64,000 nucleotides of DNA from Eledone cirrhosa (GCA_964016885.1 OZ024741.1:297166001-297230000), one strand, 5' to 3'. Shown: positions 1 to 12,232, counted from the first letter of the stretch. Translations and numbers: made by a program. The notes: generated from the sequence alone by a model not told the origin.

Positions 1-56
1 GGTTGATAAAAAAAAGTACCAATCTAGTACTGTGGTTGATTCTTCTTCTATATCAC

Positions 57-88
<32 letters not shown>

Positions 89-229
89 ATCCTTCTCTAG
101 AAGAAATCTGCTGTATTCAGACCTGGGGATGGATGGTCTCTGCTGGGCTTCAAATGCCCAAGAAATGCTGTATGTCAATATGGCGCCCCTATGATTTCAA
201 CAGGAGTTACAGGACCATCTCATCACATC

Positions 230-700
230 TTGGTGTCTAAAGTATTGTGTGTGTTAGACCTTTGTCAGTTCCGATGACAAATGTCTCAGTTGATTTGATG
301 AATGGAACAGCCTGCTTACGGAATTAACATGCAAGCGGTTGAGTATTCCAGACATGGGTACCCATAACGTAGGTCTCAATAAGATTCAGCATGACACACT
401 GTGTGATAAGGCTAGCCCTTTGAATTACAGGTACAGACCATTTTGTATTATAGTGTAAGTGAGTGAGCATCCAACAGACATGTGTACCTTAACATAGTTC
501 TGAAGGAAATTCAGTCTGACTTAGTGTGTGATAAGGCTGGTCCTTTGAATTACAGGTACGACTCATTTTTTCCAGCTGAATAAACTGGAGCAATGTGAAA
601 TCACATATCTTGCTCAAGGACACAGTGTGCCACCGGAAATTGAAATCATGACCTTGCAATAAGGAGTCAAAAACCCTAACCACTAAGTCACATGTCTTCT
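230..700 (-). mobile_element. tRNA-derived SINE(s), second family (core CCTTGAGCAAGA...GCTCCAGTTTAYTCAGCTG), with a partial internal duplication
   Basis: Minus strand reads tRNA-like head (TTAGTGGTTAGGG...B-box-like) followed by the core. The same family is on + at ~41090-41230. Segment 350-434 is repeated at 476-559. Confidence 0.55.
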
Positions 701-751
701 GTAACTCTGCTTTAAATACATGAATATTGATTGGTTTATTTTATATTGCAG

Positions 752-847
752 AACCCGTGATCCTGAAAAGTTATCTACTTGTGACATTGTTGTAGATGTT
801 GGTGGTGTATATGACCCTTCTATTTACAGATTTGATCATCATCAACG
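752..847 (+). CDS. MYG1: MYG1 exon ([33 protein letters not shown])
   Basis: ttgcag| acceptor, |gttag donor, 96 nt. Confidence 0.93.
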
Positions 848-3800
848 GTTAGAAACTTTCTGTAAATTTATTTTATTAATTTCCCTCTACAAACATTTAA
901 TCAATATAACTTTTACTTAAATTGTTTTATTTTTCCTATCACTGTACAAAAGAACAAAGTTTCAGGCCATTTCCTCCACTAAAGCAGGGGTTAGCCTTGT
1001 GGGCCCCTCATGAAAGACTTTATTTGGTCGCAGGTTCCTTTTTAAAGCAATGAGTTACAACCGAAAGTGTTTATATTTATCTAAAGCCTTTCCATTGTAA
1101 TTTTATGTAATAATCTTTGTTACACTATACTCCAAACACTAGATTAATAATGACAATACTTAGTTTATTAAATCCCTCTAAATTCTTGATTATTTTCAAA
1201 ATTATTTGAAAATTATAAGCAGTGTCTTTCATTAGAAAGATGATCAAACTGATCAAATGCGATTATCCTTGCTGTTAGAGATAGGGTTTGATAGATCTAT
1301 AAAAATACATCCATCCTAACTTTACCTCTTAATAATTATAGATATGTGACATCATCATTTATAAATGCGACGTCTCAGCTAATATGTTATCTTATATGAT
1401 TCAACTGAAACTTTTTGTGTATCCTGTTTAGTATAAACACATCATATACTTGCCTGTTGTAAGAGGTGATTAAATCAGTTGGTGCCAAGAAGGGCACTTA
1501 GCTGTAAAACCATACCTCAAAGAAGGACTCCATAATGTGTATGAAATTTTCATCTTTATAAATTAAATTGTCTGAAAAAATTACAACCTTCTAAACAACA
1601 ACTCCTCTCAGATTTTTATTATAACCTTCTTAACAACAATTCTTCCTCTCAGATTTTTATTATAACCTTCTTAACAACAATTCTTCCTCTCAGATTTTTA
1701 TTATAACCTTCTTAACAACAATTCTTCCTCTCAGATTTTTATTATAACCTTCTTAACAACAATTCTTCCTCTCAGATTTTGATTCATTTGTTCTTAATAT
1801 GAATTGAAGGGGAAAATATTGTGTTTCTTGTCATATTTAATCCAGAAACTTCAATGAATCAATGTCAAGTCTGAATGTCAAGAAGAAGTGGACAACAAAA
1901 TTGAGCAGTGCTGGTTTGGTCTACTACCATTTTGGAGAACGAATCATTCAAAAGGTTCTGAAATTAGGTGAGAAAGACAAACTTGTGACAAAAATTTTTG
2001 ATAAAGTCTATGAGCGCTTTATTGAAGAAATCGATGGAATAGACAATGGGATCAACCAGACAGAAGAAAAACCAAAGTTAGTCTTTTTGTTTTATTTGTC
2101 CTTGTTTACTTTTTAACTGTATTGGTGTGTGTGTGTGTGCATAAAAATGTTTTATGATGAATATGTAGAGCAGTGGATTGGCAGAATTGTTAGAACTTTG
2201 AAACAAAGTATCTTGGGTATGGCTATTTAGTTAGGACTTTTTACGTTTGGAGTTCAAATTTCACCAAAATCAACTTTGCTTGCATCATTACAGTCAATAA
2301 AATTTTCATTTCCAGTCAGGTATGGAAATGAGAATGGTTTGGTGGATAAACATGGAGTGACTCAGAGAGAGGAAGGCAGAAGATGATGTGAATAGAGCCA
2401 AATATTAATTGTTTTTACTTTTGGCACAAGGCCAGCAATTACCTCAGTGCATTACTGGTACTTTATTTTATCGACTCCGTAAGGATGAAAAGCAAAGTTA
2501 ATCTTGGTGTGAATTGAACTCAGAACGTAAAGGGCCATAACTTTATGCTGCAAAACATGGTGTCTAACACTCTACTGATACCGCCAAGTGAAGATATGGT
2601 TGAGGAAGGATGAAAATGATTGGGTGAGAGGAATAGAACTAGAAGAAATAAAATGAAATACTTGGGTCATGTGTTGGAGAAGCATGAAAGTTAACTGAAT
2701 GAGAGGAGTGATGGAAGGGAGTTAAGGAAGACCAAGAAAGACAGCTGAAGATGATGAAGGAGGAAATTATGGCAAAGAGGTGAGTGATGAGGTATATAGA
2801 GAATAGGACAAAATAAAGAAGCCTGTCATGAGACTAGGAAGGCTCTCATCATCATTTAACATCTGTTATCCATTCTAGCAAAGGTTGGACAGGTTGTCAG
2901 AGACTAATTCAGTATTCAATAGTTGCTCCTGACCACTCAGGTTGAGGGGGAAGGGCATGTTGCTTACCTATATTCCCTTACTCTACAGAGTGCACTGGAT
3001 GTATTTTATAATAATACACCTGCACTAGGGAGGTAATCATGCCTTTGACACTGCCGAAGTGTCCTTCTGACCCTTTGTTTGGTAAGTTGTTATAACTGGA
3101 TGTCCTTTCTATCACCAACCACTTTACAGGGTGTACTTTGTGCATTAATCAATGTTACCAACAGTAGAGAAGCTGTCATGCCCTTAACAAAATTGAAGAG
3201 TCCTTTTGATCTTTCTTAGTATGTTTTCTATATCTTGATGCCCTTCCTATCACCAACCACTGTGCACATTTTGTATGGCACCAACATTAGAAAGATTGTT
3301 GTGTTGTGACTGGAGAATCCTCTCAACCATTTTTTGGCATGGTTTCTATGACTGGAAGCTCTTCATAACACCAATCACTTTACAGAGTGTATTGGATATG
3401 CTTTATTGTGACACCAACACTTGTTTTGAGGGTAAAGATAAGAAATATATCATGGGTAAGAGACAATAGGATAGGGCAGGAGAGAGATGATATTATGTGT
3501 ACATGACATGTAAGTGGGATTCAAGGAGTGAAATAGCTGGAAAACACATGTATTACAATGAAAGTTTAAAGTAAGGAAGAGGCTATTTTGCCAGTAAGAG
3601 TGTCAGACACCATGCTTTACAGCATAGAGTTGCAGCTCTTTATGGTCTGAGTTACAATCCTGCGAAGGTTAGCTTTGCCTTTCGTCCTTACGGGATCGAT
3701 AAAGCACCAATAATGCACTGGGGTTGATTTAATTGACTTTCCCCTCTCCCAAAAACGCTGGCCTTGTGCCTAAATTAGAAACCATTATTATAAAGGCAGG

Positions 3801-6555
3801 TAATGTTAAAAATAACAACACACAGATTTAACACTGAAGTTTATTTATTTTCATCGCCAATTATTAAGACAATTTAAACCTTAACACTATTTATATTTAC
3901 CGGGGACCGGTAAAATAAGCTTAAAACACGTTTGTCTATTTTACCGGGACCAGCAAAGTGGCCTATTCTTTAAAATAAATATCATACTCCTATTTCATTG
4001 TATTGTAGATACACCATTTCAACAAATCTCTCCAGTCGTGTTTCTCATCTGAATCCATTGTGGAATAGCAGCGACATAAATGAAGAGGTATGGTAGATTT
4101 CATATTGTATTTATTTCATAGTTGTAGATTATTATAGGATTACTTTGTTATTGTTATTGGTTTATATCAGTGGTAGTATTGGGAGTGATGGTGATGATGG
4201 TGGTGGTATTGGGAGTGGTGGTGGTGGTAGTGTGATTAGTGGTGGTATTGGGAGTAGTGGTGATGGTGGTGGTGGTGGTAGTATTAAGAGTGGTGATGTT
4301 ATTGGGAGTAGTGGTGGTGGTTGCGGTACTGTGAGTAGTAGTAGTTGTAGTGGTGGTACTGTGAGTAGAGGGGGTTGTAGTATTGGTGGTGGGGGTGATG
4401 ACAGTAGCTGTTGTTGTTTCTTTCAGGTTGACCCCTACAAAATTACATTCTAACTGTTTAGGAATGCCATTTACTATATATAGCCTTGGGTCAAATCAGG
4501 GCTTGTAAGTAGAATTGGGTAGACAGCAACTGTGCAGTAGCCCATTCTATGGATTGTATCTGTAATTTAAAGGGATAGCCTCCTTGTCATATCTTGAGCT
4601 TTGTTGATTTGTTAAGAGTACATGTGTCTGTGGAATACTTGGCCACTTACATATTAATTCACAAGTTGGACACTTAGTTGATTGAACAACTGGGTGCTCA
4701 TCATCATCACCATCACCACCACCACCATCATTATTATTCAGATACACTAGGTTAATAATCAGCAATTTATTTATTTTTTAATAACTTGAGACAATTTATT
4801 TCATTTCTAAAAATGATAACAATTTTTTTTTTTTTTATATTGAATGAATTATGTCTGTCTTTTGAAATTTATCATCTAGGATCAATTTAAGAAAGCTATG
4901 GAGCTTGTTGGCAGTGAGTTTCTGGAACGAGTGACATTTTATAAGGATTCTTGGCTTCCAGCCAGAGAAATTGTCAAGAAGGCAGTTGAAGAAAGACATG
5001 AGGTTTGTTTTGTTTATTTAACCCTTTAGCATTTAAACCGGCCGTTTCTGGCCAGAATTGTCTCACCTCTTTCTGTTCAAATCAGCCATAACCAGCTGCT
5101 CATACTTATGTTAAGGTATTGTTCTCAAAATAAATAATATCAGAATCTCATTTGGCATAACCCAGAATATAGCAAAGATTAACAATAGAAATCTGTAAAT
5201 TAAACATAAAGAGATAATTCATAATAGCAAGCATAAAAACACTGATAGATTAAACAGCAACTTGAATAACAGGGATAACAGCATTAACACAAATGAGATA
5301 AACCAACGGACACACAGACACAGAGAGGGAACAATGAATGGTAACGTAAATAATTGCAATTGCAGAAATCATAACAGTTGCCCAATGAAAAATAACTGTT
5401 TAGATAAAAATATTGTTTATGAATGTAAAGTAAGAACGAGTAGTAAGACTTATAGATATAGTGATGCAACTTCAACTAAATTTAAGGAAAGGTGGTACAA
5501 CCATCGCCACTCATTTAAGAGTTGATAAAAGATCAAGCACGTGGAATACTCCCTTTCTTGGTCAAAACTCTCACATGTTTTCCCGTATATAAATGGATCT
5601 ATATCTAGAGGGTGTGACCTCTGTACTACAGAGACTTTACACATCATAAATAGTATTCATAGAATTATTAACAAACGCTCTGAAATTTTTAATTCTTGTT
5701 TACACAAAATTAATAAGATATTTTGTAGAGTATATAGTTAAAACTTCAGTAAATAATGTTAAATAGACCACCAAATAATTAATTAAATATTCATAAATAT
5801 ATAGATACATTATAACATCAGCATCAAAGTACAAATATCTAAAATTAGAATTAGTATCTAAGTGAATAAAATCTAGTATAAAGAAATAAAAAATAGAATA
5901 ACAGTTCCTACATGCATTACTATGAATCAAGCGACGAATCTGGTAACTGGATACCCTAGCCAGTTCACAAGCAGCAACGCCAATTGGAATAACTATCTCC
6001 CACACATATAAGAACTGCTACTTGAGAATTTTGGACATATGCTTACTGGTCGGTGAAGCGAATAACACGTATGACTGGTAATATATCAATGGAACTTTAC
6101 ATCTTGTTTGGATTTTTGTCTGAAGAGAACACGTAGGGCAGTTGTTATACAACTGCCTTATGTCTTTGGAATATGAATAACAAAATAAATAGGAGTGTAC
6201 GAATGAAACCGTTTTTCTTGTTTATTATTATAATAAAACTCCGGATGAACAAAAACTGGAGTGCTTCCCATCTGTTAAGAAAAAGTCGGCAGATTTTCAA
6301 TCAACCAACTTTCTTCAATTGAATATATATTTTCATCATCATCATCATGATCTCTCTTCCACGCTAGTATAGGTTAGACGGGTCCCATTTAGAGGCAAGT
6401 TGGGTCGGGTGACCATGTCTCACTCATATAGGGGTGTTTCTGGCTAGTTTTCTACAGCTGTATGCCCTTCATAACGCCAACCACATTGTGTTATGGGTGC
6501 TTTTTACAGTGTGGTCTGGTTGCTTTTTGCCGTGTTTTTTACATGTCCACTTTAC

Positions 6556-6591
<36 letters not shown>

Positions 6592-6778
6592 GTAAAATTC
6601 CGTTATAATGAATACCATTATAACAAATTTTTCAGTATAATGAAATTTTTTTCAATCCAAGGTAATAACAAACAAATGGTTCAGTCAATCTCATTATAAA
6701 GAGTTTTTCGTTACAACAATTTTTTTTTTATACCTCGTGAATTTCATTATAATAGAATTTCACTGTATATATATATAT

Positions 6779-6836
<58 letters not shown>

Positions 6837-8916
6837 CAAGGAGACAACAAACAAAGGTACTAAAGTCATATTAGTTTCTATATATTTCTCATTACTCATT
6901 CTTTGTCACCTGATGTTTCCTTTTTAGATTGACAAAAGTGGAGAGATTATCTTCCTGAAGAATGGTGGTCGTCCATGGAAAGACCATCTGCTGTCTTTAG
7001 AAGAAGAAATGAATATAAATCCCAAAATAAAATATGTTCTCTTCACTGACCAGAGTGGTGCCTGGAGAATTCTGTGTGTTCCCATAGAACTGGGCTCTTT
7101 TACAAATAGGTAAGAAATCCTTTTCATCACTATCATCATCATCAGTATCACATTCATTGCCATCACCATTATTATCATCATCATCATTCGCTGTCTGCTT
7201 TCCATGCTGGCATAGATTGGACAGGTCAGAGAATTACATCTCTTTCCAATACATTCCATTTTTTGGGGTATGGCTTTTACACCTCGACTATTTTAATGAG
7301 TACACTAACTATTTTATTGAGTACTGGGAGCATTTTATTATGGCTCCAGTACTATCACTTTACAGAGAGTACTGGGTAGATTTAATCATAGCATAAATGT
7401 ATTTATTATTACAGTGGATTGGCAGAATCAGTAGAGTGCCAGATAACATGCTTTGCATCAGAGTTACGGCCCTTTACTTTCTGAGTTCAAATCCTGCCGA
7501 GATTAACTTTGCTTTTCATCCTTATGGAGTTGATAAATAAAGTATCAGTAATGCACTGGGGTTGATTTAATCGACTTCTCCTCCTCTCCAAATTGCTGCC
7601 CTTGTGCCTAGAGTAGAAACAATTATTACAATATTCAATATTTGTGAAGACAGAAACATCAGCATGCCAAATTAAACAGCAACACAGGTTTATTGTAAGG
7701 TTTCCTAAGGAAGATTTGAAGTTATATCAAATTATACTGTGCCTCTCTTCTTCTCCTCTTCCTCCACTGCGTCACAGCTTCTGTTATAGTCACATATAGA
7801 TTGATGCACTAAATATTTTTGTTGCAATAAGTATTGAGCCACCGATGTCTTGATATACTGCACATCATCTCAGAGTATGTAAATATGAGAGAAAGGCAGA
7901 GCTTGGATGAACTAAGGAAGAAATTAGGTTTGAGAGGAATCCAAAGTGTTGTGCAGGAGAGAAGACTGCATTGGTATGGACATGTGATACGCATGGATGA
8001 TGATCAATGGGTGGAAAAATATCAGCAAAGCAAATCCCAGTGGACAGAAAGCACAGTAGGGGTAGACCAAGGAACACCTGGACAGAAGTGGTCTCAAATT
8101 GCTGAGACTCACTGAGAGATGACAAAGAAATGAGACAAGTGGAGAGATGCTGTGCTGAAAAGGACCTGTCCAACCCATGCAAGCGTGTAAAAATGATGAT
8201 GATGACGAAAGCTGTCTATAAAATTGTGAATAAATGATGGTGTCATTAGAGATATTTGCAGTAAAATGAAACGGGACAATTTGATGCTACAATATTGACT
8301 GGTTATAATCTGCTATAAAATATAAACTGGATATAATAAATTTTTAGGAAAAGAGAGAAAAATAGTTTTACTTAGTTATTGGTGTCTAGTAAATTATTTT
8401 GGTCCCTTTTATCCAGTAAGTAAACAATGTCATCATTTTAAAAATAATTGAGAATTGTAGGCATTTAGTAAAATATAACTTAACAAAGTTTCTTACATAA
8501 AATTATGATGAAATGTTTTTAGATAAATATAAACAGTTTTGTATTGTAAAACCGGGGCGGTTTCAGGCAGTTTAATGAAAAAAAGTTAGATATTTTACTA
8601 AATCCATTTAAATTTGTGAATATTTTATTTCAAGATTAATTGAAACTTTATAAGTCTGATCAGAAAAGTCCTTTTTTGGGCTTTTATATACCCTGTGAAC
8701 TCAATATTTTTCTGATTTCTTAAAATTATTATTTTTTGCTGCAGATTGTCTCTTCCTGAAGAATGGCGTGGATTAAGAGATAATGAGCTGACAGAAAAAA
8801 GTGGTATAAAGGGGTGTATTTTTGTTCATGCAGGTGGCTTCATAGGTGGAAATAAAACCTATGAAGGGCTTATTCAAATGGCACAAGCTGCCCTGGCACA
8901 GAAAACGGATGAATAA
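752..8916 (+). CDS. MYG1: MYG1 exonuclease (UPF0160), 3' part; exons 752-847, 1846-2076, 4009-4087, 4880-5002, 6928-7109, 8745-8916; 5' exons lie upstream of the window
   Basis: The spliced translation gives MYG1 hallmarks: [18 protein letters not shown]...[76 protein letters not shown]...[19 protein letters not shown]. All introns are GT-AG with consistent phases; TAA stop at 8914-8916. Confidence 0.96.
1583..1780. repeat. 41-bp minisatellite, ~5 copies (ATAACCTTCTTAACAACAATTCTTCCTCTCAGATTTTTATT)
   Basis: Units start at 1621, 1662, 1703 and 1744, plus a degenerate first unit. Confidence 0.92.
1846..2076 (+). CDS. MYG1: MYG1 exon (NFNESMSSL...[13 protein letters not shown]...DGIDNGI...EEKP)
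   Basis: tccag| acceptor, |gttag donor, 231 nt; overlaps ORF 1862..2116. Confidence 0.93.
2412..2590 (-). mobile_element. tRNA-derived SINE, family 1 (GAGTTCAAATCCC B-box; core GCCTTTCATCCTTACGGGGTCGATAAAATAAAGTACCAG; tail GGCCTTGTGCC..AAA(AAT)n)
   Basis: Recurs at ~3590-3790 (+), 7415-7630 (+), 25449-26112 (- x3), 27730-27945 (-), 31157-31372 (-), 53632-53811 (-) and 59363-59525 (-). Confidence 0.75.
3590..3790 (+). mobile_element. tRNA-derived SINE, family 1
   Basis: Same core and tail as the other family 1 copies. Confidence 0.7.
4009..4087 (+). CDS. MYG1: MYG1 exon ([26 protein letters not shown])
   Basis: ttgtag| acceptor, |gtatgg donor, 79 nt. Confidence 0.92.
4168..4405. repeat. degenerate (GGT/AGT)n microsatellite
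   Basis: Visible trinucleotide runs that create a spurious Gly/Ser ORF. Confidence 0.85.
4880..5002 (+). CDS. MYG1: MYG1 exon ([41 protein letters not shown])
   Basis: tctag| acceptor, |gtttg donor, 123 nt. Confidence 0.93.
5290..6260 (+). mobile_element. Penelope-like element relic: GIY-YIG endonuclease fragment plus downstream pLTR-like region with a hammerhead fold
   Basis: CNCR...CP..NNCL.KNIVY.C.V......Y...T.T.FK.RW.NH..SFK and CDLC..E...I......[12 protein letters not shown] are motifs of Penelope-like C-terminal GIY-YIG domains; the frame is disrupted. Confidence 0.75.
6114..6185 (+). ncRNA. type I hammerhead ribozyme fold, degenerate (GAAA changed to GGAA)
   Basis: Stem I TTTTGT/ACAAAA; core CTGAAGA at 6120-6126; 15-bp stem II; GGAA; stem III TATGAATA. 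Confidence 0.65.
6928..7109 (+). CDS. MYG1: MYG1 exon ([10 protein letters not shown]...PWKDHL...GSFTNR)
   Basis: ttttag| acceptor, |gtaag donor, 182 nt. Confidence 0.93.
7415..7630 (+). mobile_element. tRNA-derived SINE, family 1
   Basis: GGATTGGCAGAATCAGTAGAG head, GAGTTCAAATCC B-box, family core and tail. Confidence 0.75.
7860..8206 (+). mobile_element. 5'-truncated RTE LINE fragment
   Basis: [13 protein letters not shown] motif, CCCATGCAAGC...(GAT)n tail; near-identical fragment at 60697-61112. Confidence 0.8.
8745..8916 (+). CDS. MYG1: MYG1 terminal coding exon ([12 protein letters not shown]...[13 protein letters not shown]...QKTDE*)
   Basis: tgcag| acceptor; TAA stop at 8914-8916. 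Confidence 0.94.
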
Positions 8917-9185
8917 ACGTTTATTTTTATATATATTTGTTAATCTATTTTTTACTTTATATGTAAAGGACAAATGAATATACAGTGAATATAAAAATGA
9001 GGATTTGGGACAGAAGGTAACAATCACAAAATGATAAGGATATATATATGTATGAGCAAAGAGATATTTAATTTGTTGGTAATTCAACAAATATATTTAT
9101 AACAGATTTGAAGCACTCGACAAGTTTTCTGGAGTATAATATCAGAGATATTAATAAATGGAAACTATATTTATAAAGCCATATT

Positions 9186-9246
9186 TATTCTATTATATAT
9201 ATTTCAAGGGTACCGAAACTTTGGTATGCTCTCATCAGATAAAATA
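9186..9246 (-). ncRNA. type I hammerhead ribozyme, intact catalytic core
   Basis: Minus strand: UAUUUUAU CUGAUGA GAGCAUACC-AAAGUUUC-GGUACCCUU GAAA UAUAUAUA AUAGAAUA. 8-bp stem I, palindromic stem III, AUA cleavage triplet. Confidence 0.75.
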
Positions 9247-9419
9247 CAAAATTTGTTTTATAAATAGTGACATACCCAGGAATCAGACCTTAACAGTTCG
9301 GAACCTGAACAGTGGACTGGAGCAACGTGAAATAAAGCATCTTGCTCAAAGACACAAGGCACAGCCAAGAATTGAACTCATGACCTTACATTTGTAAGCC
9401 AAACACCCTCTATTATGCC

Positions 9420-10410
9420 AGCCTTCCCTTGTTGGCCATTGATGCAAAAGGGAGTTTGGTCATGATGCTCTTATTTGTGCTTTGCCTTGTGCTGTGGGTT
9501 CATATGGGATCTTGGTTAGCAGGATGTGAAGATATTTCTTGAAAACATCTACATGCATACCATGTAGATCTCTCAGATGTTTTGGCAGCTTATTGAAGAG
9601 TTGGGGGCCTTTGAAACAGACTATTGCAGTATGTGGTCCTTATTCTTGATGCAAAGGATGATACCTTTGGCACTACACAGGGGTGTCCTGTTCATGGGTT
9701 GGTCTGTCTCTCAATGTCAAAGTTTGGTGCTAGCCTTTCCATTTGTATATCACTGCATATCTCTTCCGTCTTCACTCCAGGCAGTAAAGCTTTAGTTCTT
9801 TCAGCCTCTCCCAGTAGCTTATCTCTTTCATTGAGGCAATCCTCTTGATGTAGCTTCATTGGATTGCTTCAAGTTTTGCAGTTAGTTTGAAACTGTGGGG
9901 AGGCCCAAGCTGAGTCTGAAAGTCCTCCAGAGGACCAACGTGGTTTCTGGGTCTCTTATCCTAAAAGTCCTCAGAATTCAACTCACCAGTAGTCTGCTCA
10001 TTTCTGTCATTTTGGTGATGTGTGCATGAAACAATACATCATCGCTCATGTCCCGTATTGATTTTGAGTCAGGGATTCCAATTCCTTCTGGTCCTGTGTA
10101 ACCCGTTTGTAGTGGCCCTGTGTTTGTGGGTTGATAGTGGAGGGCTTGAAAGTTATCTACATTAAATTGCATATTGTTGTCTTCAACTCATTTGTATATG
10201 ACATCTAAATGATATAAGAGTAGCATCAACCAGTTTCTTGATTGCCTGTGCTACTTTCATGTCATCAGCATAGCTTGAGTGGGAGGCTGTCTGTATTAAA
10301 GAGGGTATGTCTGAGATCCATCACAAACAGTAGTGGTCCCAAGATGGTTCCCTGGGACACGCCGTTTGTTATTGACGTTTCCTTTGAGAGGACCCCATTG
10401 GCTACAACAG
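9420..10410 (-). mobile_element. decayed CR1/L2-group LINE RT fragment
   Basis: Minus frames give GVSQG..LGPLL-like and YADDMKV motifs and MQFNVDNFQALHY; many stops. Confidence 0.65.
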
Positions 10411-10925
10411 TCTAGCTTCTGTCTTTTAAGAAATCATGAAGCCATTCACCTAGTTTTCCAACTTTGCCAAAGCTCTCAGCAACTATCCCTGGTGTTTCAG
10501 TTGCTTTGCCTATTTTCATATCTGTGATTGCCTTACCTACAATACTGCTGTTAACTTGAATCATTGGTCCCTCATGAGATAGATTATCTTCACATGCATT
10601 CTCTACATTCAACAGTCCAGTGAGGGCAAGTGTTCTAAAGTTATTCTGGATACGCTCCTCCGCAAGAACATGCCATGCAATCTGGAATACCTCATGTTGC
10701 AGAACATGCACAAACTTCTTACTTTCAACATCCCTCTATGCAGAGTATACTGCACACCTAGCTTCTTGGTATTTTTTCTGATTACCCCCATTCGTCTAGG
10801 ATATCCATGCTTTAATTTCCTCATTCACCACTATGTTACATTCTATTTTCCTGTAGTTTTGTTCTATCGACTGATCTCATCTATGGCAAGTTATTTCTTA
10901 GGAGCCTCTTTTATGTTGTAAGTCT
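10410..10925 (-). mobile_element. heavily deleted RTE LINE fragment
   Basis: VLQHEVFQIA...ENA...KAITDMKIGKAT..GIVAE aligns with the intact RTE ORF. Confidence 0.7.
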
Positions 10926-10959
10926 CTACCTCCTCTTCCTTTATATATATAAATAAATA

Positions 10960-12232
10960 CAGGGTGTGGACGATATTTGTTCGCAATTTTCAACTGCTAA
11001 TTTTATGCAAATTTTTTTTACTTCCGTTGTCACTCTTGTCTTCATAAAAACAGTGACTATATTTCCATTATTTATTTTCAGAATAATTGATTATGAATAA
11101 TTTTGAACCTCCAAATATGTGGAAGAGACACGGAGTTCTTCTTGGAATCCGTGCCGGGAGGACAAATAAGGAAATTTCAGACTTTCTCAGCGTCAGCAGG
11201 AGAATGGTGGAAAAGGTCAGAAATGAATTGGAAGATTCAGGATTTGACTACGAAGCAACATCAGAGAGGAAAACACATGATTGACGATCTGACGCCTTCA
11301 GAACACCCGAGTTCGTCACTGAAGTTCAGGATATCATCAACAATGAACCTAGCAAGTCGATGCGTGCCATTGCAAGGGAGAACGGCGTCGATGAACATGA
11401 AGACATTCGCTACGTGGTACATGAAGACATTCGCTACGTTTCATACAAGATGAGGAAAGGACAATTTCTGTCAAAGGCGATGCAAGAAAAGCGACTGAAG
11501 CACGCAAAGAAGCTGATCAACAAGTTGAAACACCCACTGGAGCCAGACATGCTGTGGTTTTTCTCCGCCGAGAAAAACTTCTGCCAAGACCAGGAGATCA
11601 ACACCCAGAACAACAGGTGGCTTGCTGTCTCATCCAGAGTCATGCAGACAAAGTTTCCAGCGACAACATTGGTCTTAGGTGTCGTCAGCAGTCAAGGTGA
11701 CGTCATGCCACCTCACTTCTTCCCTGAAGGCCTCAAGCTGAACACAGATGGCTACATCCGCATTCTGAGCGAGGTAGTAAAGCCCTGGATCGACCAGGTA
11801 GCTGCAAGTAGGCGGTACGTGTGGCAGCAAGACTCAACGCCCTGCCATATCAGCTGAAAGACCCAAGCCTGGCTGTCAGAGAACTTCGTCGACCACACTT
11901 CACCTGACATCTGGCCTCCCAGCTCGCCTGACTGCAACCCCCTCGACTTCTTTGTGTGGGGCGCAGTGGAACACCAACAGATCTAGCTGCAATACGAAAG
12001 ACGATCTGAAGGCCAGGATCACAGGGGCCTAAGTCGGGGGACAGTGACGAAGGCCTGTAGCCGGTTCCGAGGCCGTCATCAAAACCAATGGCGGGTTTAT
12101 CAAGTGAGATCGAAAGAACAAGTCATGAAGACAAACTGACCCAAGTTTGATAAATATATCTTAAAAAATAAAACTACTGTGTTATTTTTTCATAGAGAAG
12201 TAATCTTGCAAACAAATATCGTCCGCACCCTG
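10960..12232 (+). mobile_element. Tc1/mariner DNA transposon, DD37D (maT) type, defective; copy 1
   Basis: TIRs CAGGGTGTGGACGATATTTGTTCGCAA / TTGCAAACAAATATCGTCCGCACCCTG, TA target duplications. Transposase has WFFS(A)EKNF, WQQD and [13 protein letters not shown], with 37 residues between the 2nd and 3rd Asp; in-frame stops. Confidence 0.93.

Noticed and set aside
4145-4453. 102-aa Gly/Ser-rich ORF
   Set aside because: Translation of an intronic (GGT)n microsatellite; not needed for the MYG1 frame.
8912-8917. AATAAA overlapping the MYG1 stop codon as a poly(A) signal
   Set aside because: The hexamer is common in AT-rich DNA; it cannot be supported without 3'-end data.
10255-10270. CUGAUGA-CAU-GAAA on the minus strand resembling a hammerhead core
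   Set aside because: It is the YADDMKV codon run of a LINE RT; there is no stem II or stem I.
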